DNA of 32,000 nucleotides from Pyrobaculum aerophilum str. IM2 (GTDB lineage: Archaea; Thermoproteota; Thermoprotei; Thermoproteales; Thermoproteaceae): assembly GCF_000007225.1 (NCBI RefSeq), contig NC_003364.1:870001-902000 (forward strand), in the 5' to 3' direction. A model generated the notes under the pieces. It did not search any database. It was not told the DNA's origin and worked only from the letters and a program-made list of their open reading frames with translations. Each line of letters starts with the position of its first letter. The stretch's first letter is position 1. Below, one piece after another: positions 31,925 through 32,000 of the stretch. Made by a program: the position numbers and the translations under genes.

Positions 31925-32000
31925 CTATGATTTTTTCAACTCCGCTAGTTTTTTGTTTATCTCGTCTAAAATCTGCTCTTTGGTTTTACCCTCAGTTGAT
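31925..32000 (-). CDS. Possible 3' end of a minus-strand gene running off the window (..STEGKTKEQILDEINKKLAELKKS*)
   Basis: The frame is open from the window edge to the TAG (complement of 31925-31927). Only 24 codons are visible. Confidence 0.3.
   Translation of the reverse strand, partial: STEGKTKEQILDEINKKLAELKKS

Noticed and set aside
31893-31945. AUGAGGA-12 nt-CUGA-CU-AUGAUUU pattern after the EamA gene
   Set aside because: No terminal D box follows; the 12 nt after the second box are followed by TAGT. It probably reflects chance and the stop region of a convergent gene.
1-32000. CRISPR arrays, rRNA genes, intact IS elements or integrases
   Set aside because: I saw no regularly spaced direct repeats, no rRNA-like stretches, and no intact transposase or integrase ORF on either strand.

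Overview
This window looks like a gene-dense chromosomal segment from a crenarchaeon of the Thermoproteales (Pyrobaculum/Thermoproteus-like). The pointers are archaeal translation genes (ribosomal protein S6e, aIF5B), PaREP1/PaREP2-type genus-specific proteins, A/T-rich TATA boxes about 25 nt upstream of most start codons (leaderless mRNAs), and a tRNA with an intron at a non-anticodon position. Most of it is housekeeping: UbiX, a Trm5-like methyltransferase, a 6-phospho-3-hexuloisomerase-like SIS protein, a pyruvoyl AdoMetDC-type decarboxylase, aconitase, triosephosphate isomerase, amidase, two MBL hydrolases, a thioredoxin-CcdA/DsbD fusion, a Cys-based phosphatase, a presenilin-like protease, a translin-like protein, two CopG/RHH regulators and an EamA transporter. 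The ORF track does not explain several things. There are three to four candidate C/D box sRNAs at 2168-2216 (+), 18799-18848 (-) and 25079-25129 (-), plus a weaker one at 2061-2110 (+). tRNA-Glu(CUC) carries a 52-nt intron inside the acceptor-stem region. A surface protein of about 640 aa with four tandem repeats is split into three ORFs by a compensating +1/-1 frameshift pair. Several TATA-positioned mini-ORFs fall below the track cut-off, including a 32-aa hyper-acidic Trp-periodic peptide and a 35-aa GatC-like peptide overlapping the amidase start. An ORF-poor stretch of about 700 bp (5000-5700) has GC-rich, structure-prone sequence. A decayed region lies next to tRNA-Leu. I found no CRISPR array, rRNA gene or intact mobile element. 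All family assignments come from motif recognition by eye; no database search was run.
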